A stretch of 31,024 bases of DNA. Source: Spizellomyces punctatus DAOM BR117. Taxonomy: Eukaryota. The stretch lies in the NCBI GenBank assembly GCA_000182565.2, contig KQ257450.1. The stretch is one strand, 5' to 3'. How positions within the stretch are numbered: position 1 is the first letter of the stretch; the number at the start of each line of letters is the position of its first letter. Positions 25,089 to 31,024 of this stretch are shown piece by piece. Made by a program: the position numbers and the translations under genes. The notes under the pieces were generated by a model. That model searched no databases and was not told the DNA's origin. It saw only the letters and a list, made by a program, of their open reading frames with translations.

Positions 25089-28000
25089 ATGGAGCCACAG
25101 AACAGACATGACGCAAAGGCCATCCTGAAAAAAGATTTAGCTAGCCTCCACAGCGATATCCAGTCGGCCACAAGCGTGAGCACTGTTAAGCGGGCTTTGG
25201 CAGAACCTTTGGCACTGTTTTTCGATGCCCCAGAAGCTGTAGACTTTCTGACTAATGGGGTTGGCACCTCACTGACCACCGTGTTGGCTGCATCAAAATA
25301 CTTCAGCAACATACCTATAGAAGCAGTGGATCTATACCGAGACATCTTTTTCCGTACCTGTATTGCTCAGCACTTTGAGTTCCTGCTAAGAAATGTTGCC
25401 GTGAGCTGGCTTCCTTGTTTTTCGGAACAGGAGATAAAAACCCTATTTGAAAGCTACTTCATTCCTGAGGCGCTGGACTCCTCAGAGGGCACACATCATG
25501 TGCCCCCACCATCTTTAGATCTACTGGGTACCCTCCGCTTCCTCTCTGACGCCGCAGCTTGGACAGAGCACACGCACGTGGTAAAAGTCGCTGTAGACCT
25601 TTTGCAAAAGCTGTTAACAGCTTGTCGTGTCGAGGAGTTTTATGTTGCGGAGATGACATTGCAGACTGGTGGCATGGAAGCTGCTCGCATCGAGCGATGG
25701 CAGCAATATGTAGCCATTATCACGTTTCTGCCAGATAAACTCGCCAATATCTTTGGCGTTCGTCCACCAGAATTTTTTCGCACAGCGTATGATATAAGTA
25801 CATCTCGTTTGAATCTCAAGGTCTGGCACTAAGACCCTTTATCATTAGATCTTTCATTCGCTTGATCGCGGCTCAGATCGGTTCGGCCGTGAGCTCCATA
25901 GCTTCAAGGGAACCAGTTGGTATGTCAACTCGCGCACTGTCTTACTCTATAGCGTTGCCGTGTGAATGGTCCAACCCAAAAGAACAGATGTGCCCGCCAT
26001 ATACCTCACCGAACTGATCGAGAAATTGGTGCGGTTAGGATACGCAGGTTGACAACCTATTGTCAGGATTCAGAAACTTTCACCATGCTGATCAATCAAA
26101 TCTATAGAACACCTAATGGAATCTTGGATGCCTTCCGTTAAAGAGAGCGTCTGTCAACCTGACGTAGCCCTTCTGTGGAATGCGATATTCCAGAAACTGG
26201 GACGTTCCGAATCCGAGCACATGCTGTTGCAGCTGCTGGAGCGCTTGCGAAAACTTTTATCTATCGGGGGTAAGCTCCAGTTATACGCTGTCGTTGAAGA
26301 GGAGACTCACACTCTACCACAATTAGTCGATCTGACGACACACCGAGAAGCAAGCAAGTACATGCTCACATGGATAGGAAGCCAAACGATGGAGCGAAAT
26401 CCGCACATCCGGGACTTGCTCAGTAGGAAGTTCCTTTATGACTCGGTCTTGCACGTGGATATTTTACGAATCTTGGTTCGATGCATGGCCGAGTTTCCCA
26501 GATCATCTGGTATGTCGACGTGGTCTCATCATGCCCTATTTCAGCGGTCCTGACTGCAATCCATACAAAGCTCTGTCGGTGGCCTCCAATATTCGAAGGC
26601 TCGTCGAAACTTGGACGGATAAGAGTTTTCTCAGATATGCGTCTTACGAACAACATGCGCGTGAGTTCCGATGTTGATGTTATCATGATTATAGAGTAAT
26701 ACATCTGAAAGGCGCGGATTCTTGTTAGATGTGACATACTTAATTCTACTGTCTCTCAGTTATCTCACCCCAGAAGATGCCAGTGGGGCAGATTTGCTCG
26801 GCATTTTTCTAACTGGGATGACAGCATATTTAGATAACAGCGATCCTCACATCCGTAAACGAGGAATGGTTTGTATCATCATTTTGGTCGTTTGTTGGTT
26901 CATGTGAAGATTGACGGCCCTCTGCCGCATGGCGTAGGTCACTGCAGAGTGCTTATCAAAGATTCTCAACTCGAGCGCGTTGGACTTTGGCCTAGAAGCT
27001 GACGAAGAGGTGACATTTTTGAGAAGCCTGGCGGATCCAACTACACGCGATGGACCCATGGGAGGGATGAGTACGTCAAGCGCTGAGGTGTTCGACGTCG
27101 ATTTGGAGCTGCCAGAAAAAATCAGCGATGCAGATCATGGTGAGGAACGCAATCGCTCAACTGAACACCTCAGCATACATCTTACCGCTCTGTAGATGAA
27201 GACGATCCGGATGAAGTTGTCTTGCCTTCTCACAATCAGGAAGGCGATGAGTCCTGTGAGTCCTACTTTCCCACACCAAATAGTGGAAACCTGCCTGTCT
27301 GATGTTCATCGTCATGCCAGCTCCCGATTCCGACGACGATTTGCCCGCATACGATCTGCGAGAACCAGATGTGAGGGATGCGGATGCCAAGATATTGAAG
27401 CCGCCCATGTATGTTGTGACAGACCATGAGCCTACTGTATTCCTCTGGTCGAGCTGATTGTATGCTTACCATGGCTTCATAGGTACATTCGGGAGTGCCT
27501 CGACGGGCTAAGGGCCGAAGATGATCCCGAACAGCTGAATATCTGTTTGGCACGGGCGAGCGAACTTATTGAGCGCGCTCCCCAGGATGACCTTGGTATG
27601 GTCGTTCTCCACCCTCGCCTATTGTAAGCCAAATTCACCGACCTCTTATATTGCAGATCATATCGCATATGACCTTGGGTCAAGGCTCATCCATCTGCAT
27701 AATAACTTTGATCTAACTGATTTCGACAAGAACCGGATGCGTGCGCTTGTGTCCTTGTTGGTTCGAATGCCTCACAAAATCTCTAGGTTTGTGACTTGCT
27801 GATATGTGGTGCCAAGGTCGATCATTGATTCAATGCTCTCCTTGAAGGTACTTGATTGACCAGGTGTACGAGCGCCAGATCAGCATCCAGCAGCGACTGG
27901 ACATCCTAACCTGTTTAGCGTTGGGCGCAACAACATTGAGCGGGTTGCAGAGTATCGGGGTAAGGTTTTTATCCCGTAGTTCAGGGAACTTTTGTTGGAG

Positions 28001-28791
28001 GTTCATCCTCACTTTGCTGTTTCAGGCTGGCGAGAAATCGGCTCAAGCGCCTTCCCAGGACATGCAGGTTTCAGCCTCTCGGGGCAGGCCAAGACCCAAA
28101 CCCGTCAGTCGCTCGAACATGTTTGGACCGGTCGCGACATCCTTCTTGTTTCCATTGTTGACCAAAGTACACGAGATGATGTGGGTGTTGAGTTCAATTT
28201 GGCTCCGGTGTATTCGTTTGTCGGGAGCATTGACATATACTCTGACAGTGAGCGACCGAATGCTAGTGGCGGGCCCTTTGGAACCCTTCTGTTGACTAAA
28301 ATCATCATCACCGCTGGCGTCTTCGTCTATTGTGCTCGTATGTGACTTCACAGACTTACGGAGAGTGTGTGATGCTAATGCTGAGGTACATGCAGAAAAC
28401 ACGGTAGACAACCGCCGACTGACACGAGACTACTTTAATTGCCTATGGGCTCTCCGATACCTTCCCCTCAACGATACCACAGGGCTCTTGAATGCGATCT
28501 TGGTTGGGTTCAATGTTATCCTGGAGGCGCTGCCTCAGTCAATCCTTTTGGACGAATTTGGAGGGCCTACTAATGAACTAGGGCAGCTTAGAGAGTGGGT
28601 TTCAGGTGAGTTAGACAGGCTGACGGCACTAATCGCGGCAAGAGTTTTTTAAATCTTGCTATTCTGTGCGTGCAGATGTGCTTGTGACGGATTCAAGGAG
28701 GGAGAATTTACAATTGGCAGCCTCGATTTTGTCCTCTAGTCGGAATTTATTCGATAGCCAGCGGGAGCTGTTTTGGGGTGATGCGCTATAA
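25089..28791 (+). CDS. TEL2: TTT complex subunit Tel2
   Basis: LPDKLAN, LVETWTDKSFLRYASYEQH, GMTAYLDNSDPHIRKRGMVTAECLS, DSDDDLPAYDL, PPMYIRECLDGL, LGSRLIHLHNNFDL, ISIQQRLDILTCLALGA, NMFGPVATSFLFPLL. TAA at 28789-28791. Confidence 0.9.
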
Positions 28792-28940
28792 AATAGACGC
28801 GAACTGGGTGCGTTGTGTGTATGTACCTATCATTGAAGGAAACTTGTTTGCATGGCACTATGGTAGATAAAGAATAAAGTTGCTGTTACCCATGTTGATG
28901 TGCAATAATTTTCTCACAAGCGGCACTATCCTGGAACCAT

Positions 28941-30822
28941 CTATCAGTGATGCCTATGTGCAGTAAAGCGCTCATGAAGAGTATGGGACAGGGCCGGCCA
29001 TCCACAGTGAGATCATCTTGTGAGTACTAAAGCTACAGGCGATTTATCCACCACCGTATTTAATTTAGGAGAGGTTTGGCGGGTATCCTTTGTGGCGAGC
29101 ATGCTTGACATATCATAATTGTGGAGGGATACTATCAATAACCCCTGGTTAATCACAGTAATATGGTCCCAGTAAGAAGAAGTCCAAATTCAAGCGGTCC
29201 AAGTTCATAGCCATTGTTCGAACTTGCTGAATTTTTCAAGACATACATGAGTCCACAATCTCCACAATGCCCCAATGAAGATGCATTTCAAAGGAGCGAC
29301 ATTAGCCAGATGATATCTTGCAGCTTCAGATGGACAAGATGCCAATTCGTGTTGACATCACAGCTTTTTCACGGTGAAGCCAATCAGATACCCAACGAAA
29401 CAGCACTTTGCAGTTTTATTACGAGCAGTCCAATAGCTATTCAATATCTGCTTCACCAAGGATGGTTCATCTCCTGGATTGGATTTCAGCGGCATTGTGA
29501 TCCATGCAGTAGATGCCCTACACGTACGTCGCTCTGTTGCTACTTGTTTCACGGCATATGCTTCTTTGGACAAGAGACTTTTATTCTGGGCATGCATTTG
29601 CAGTTGGAGCCAAAGTAAAGTGTCTCCCATAGCTTGAAACTAAATTCAGCAGAGTGACGCGTACCGTGGATCAAAAGCTTTGACACTGCAGATAGGTCTG
29701 CCGCAACGACCAGAACTTCACGTGCTTGCTCCACTGCAACGATTTGCATTGCCAACGACAGCAGCTATTGAATGGTCTAGTATAGCTACCGACTCACCGT
29801 TTGCAATTTAGCAAATCGAATCTTTTTGCATAATGTTCACCAATGTTCCTTTCCTCTAGGTGTCAAACAAATCGCGCAAGAACATGCTCTAAACATTTTC
29901 TTTTCATGGAACAAATGAAAAGTTATCGGTGCTGATTGAAGTCTAGCCAATAAGCGCAATGTGAGTGCTGATTCAGCTAGATCAGCACTTTGTAGATCCA
30001 TTGTGACTAGCCCAATGTCCATTTCACCAAGGACTGAGTCTGGGCAGCGCAAATCCTGGAGTGGATTTCAGCATTGTGACTCAAACCCGACGACGAGGAT
30101 GTCGCTTGAATAGACCGTCTATCAAATATGGGACGACAAGCTGCTCGATCGGAACAAGGGGATCAAGGCAGCGGGCGAAGGATTCGACTGTGCTTTGTCA
30201 AAACAATATTCATTTAACTATTGCGCTCCAGGGATGTTCCACTTGGCTATTCCGATAACAAGCTACGCGCATATGAACTCGGACAGCCTAATGATGCGTC
30301 CCATAGGTGCGTATACGACGGCCTGCCAGAAGTGACTGAGATGTTTGAAGTGATGCTCAATTGCCGGATGTTTGCATGATTGGGAAAACGCCATGTTGTT
30401 CACGGAACTATAGAAAAATGGCTTAAATAAACGCTGAACTCAAGCCATCAACCAAGAAGGAGTAGGGCTTTCTTTTATTAATCCTCGCATTGTCCAGCAT
30501 GGTCAAATGATTATATATATTTGCCTTGCAACGTTCAGTGCGCTTGTTACGGCGTTTGTCAGTCGGTCGCCAAGTGCTACAAGCAAGGACCTCAATGACG
30601 GGAGATGGACAGTGAAAAGTGGACCCCACCGCCACAGAGGTTTCGAGAGAGTTTCGGCGGGGGAAGATGATGAGTAGCAGAGACTGCATGCATTCAATGC
30701 ATTTAATTTGCTGTCTGTGCAAACGATATTTGTTCTTCATCTCGTTGGGGAGGACCGTGGGAAAATCAAGATAAACAAATGACTCGCTTCACGCGTTTAC
30801 ATAATCTGAACTTACGCGCCAT
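28941..30822 (-). pseudogene. Decayed multi-exon gene of unknown family (possible mobile or foreign element relic)
   Basis: A single frame can be followed across five 29-33 nt GT-AG gaps. Its only in-frame stops are TGA (11, the last followed by TAG). Most of the region is CpG-poor relative to flanking genes. No recognisable domain. Confidence 0.45.
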
Positions 30823-31024
30823 GCGAGGGGAACGAACGCACGCCAGGAGGTCTGCCAGGAGGTGGAAACGACGACGATGATTGGGCATCGATGAGGTGAC
30901 GTACGCAGGATACGGAATCTTCCGCCGAGAATTCCCGAATTACAAAAAAAAAGCGCAGTCCCCCAGGGTTATAAAAAGGCACCCTCTCCCGCATCCGCCC
31001 ACGCTCTCTTCACTCGCCTTCGGA

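Noticed and set aside
29214-29618. 134-aa plus-strand ORF in the terminal region
   Set aside because: TTG start, no motifs, and it lies antisense to the longer TGA-interrupted frame.
28941-30822. TGA-as-Trp (code 4, NUMT or endobacterial) or selenoprotein reading of the relic
   Set aside because: TGG is used freely, spliceosome-type gaps are present and CpG loss explains TGA more simply. Disfavoured but not formally excluded.

Overview
Very compact, intron-rich fungal nuclear DNA (~45-50% GC by eye, spliceosomal introns mostly ~50-90 nt); protein style suggests an early-diverging, possibly chytrid, fungus (inference). Fourteen apparently intact genes are packed into the first 28.8 kb with almost perfectly alternating orientation: mitochondrial Tyr-tRNA synthetase (3' part), MND1, a proteinase B-type subtilisin, a Whi5/Nrm1-family G1/S repressor, LSM1, CTR9, ARPC2, PRP40, mitochondrial MDH, BMT5, folliculin, phosphatidylserine synthase CHO1, a Rad60/Esc2 SUMO-like-domain protein and TEL2. 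The last ~2 kb is CpG-poor and hides a minus-strand reading frame of roughly 575 codons of unknown family. It is broken only by TGA stops and joined by five putative 29-33 nt GT-AG introns, far shorter than the host's introns. The best leads are this decayed mini-intron gene and the Whi5/Nrm1-like gene with SCB-like sites upstream. All exon boundaries were inferred by eye, and CDS coordinates span start to stop including introns.
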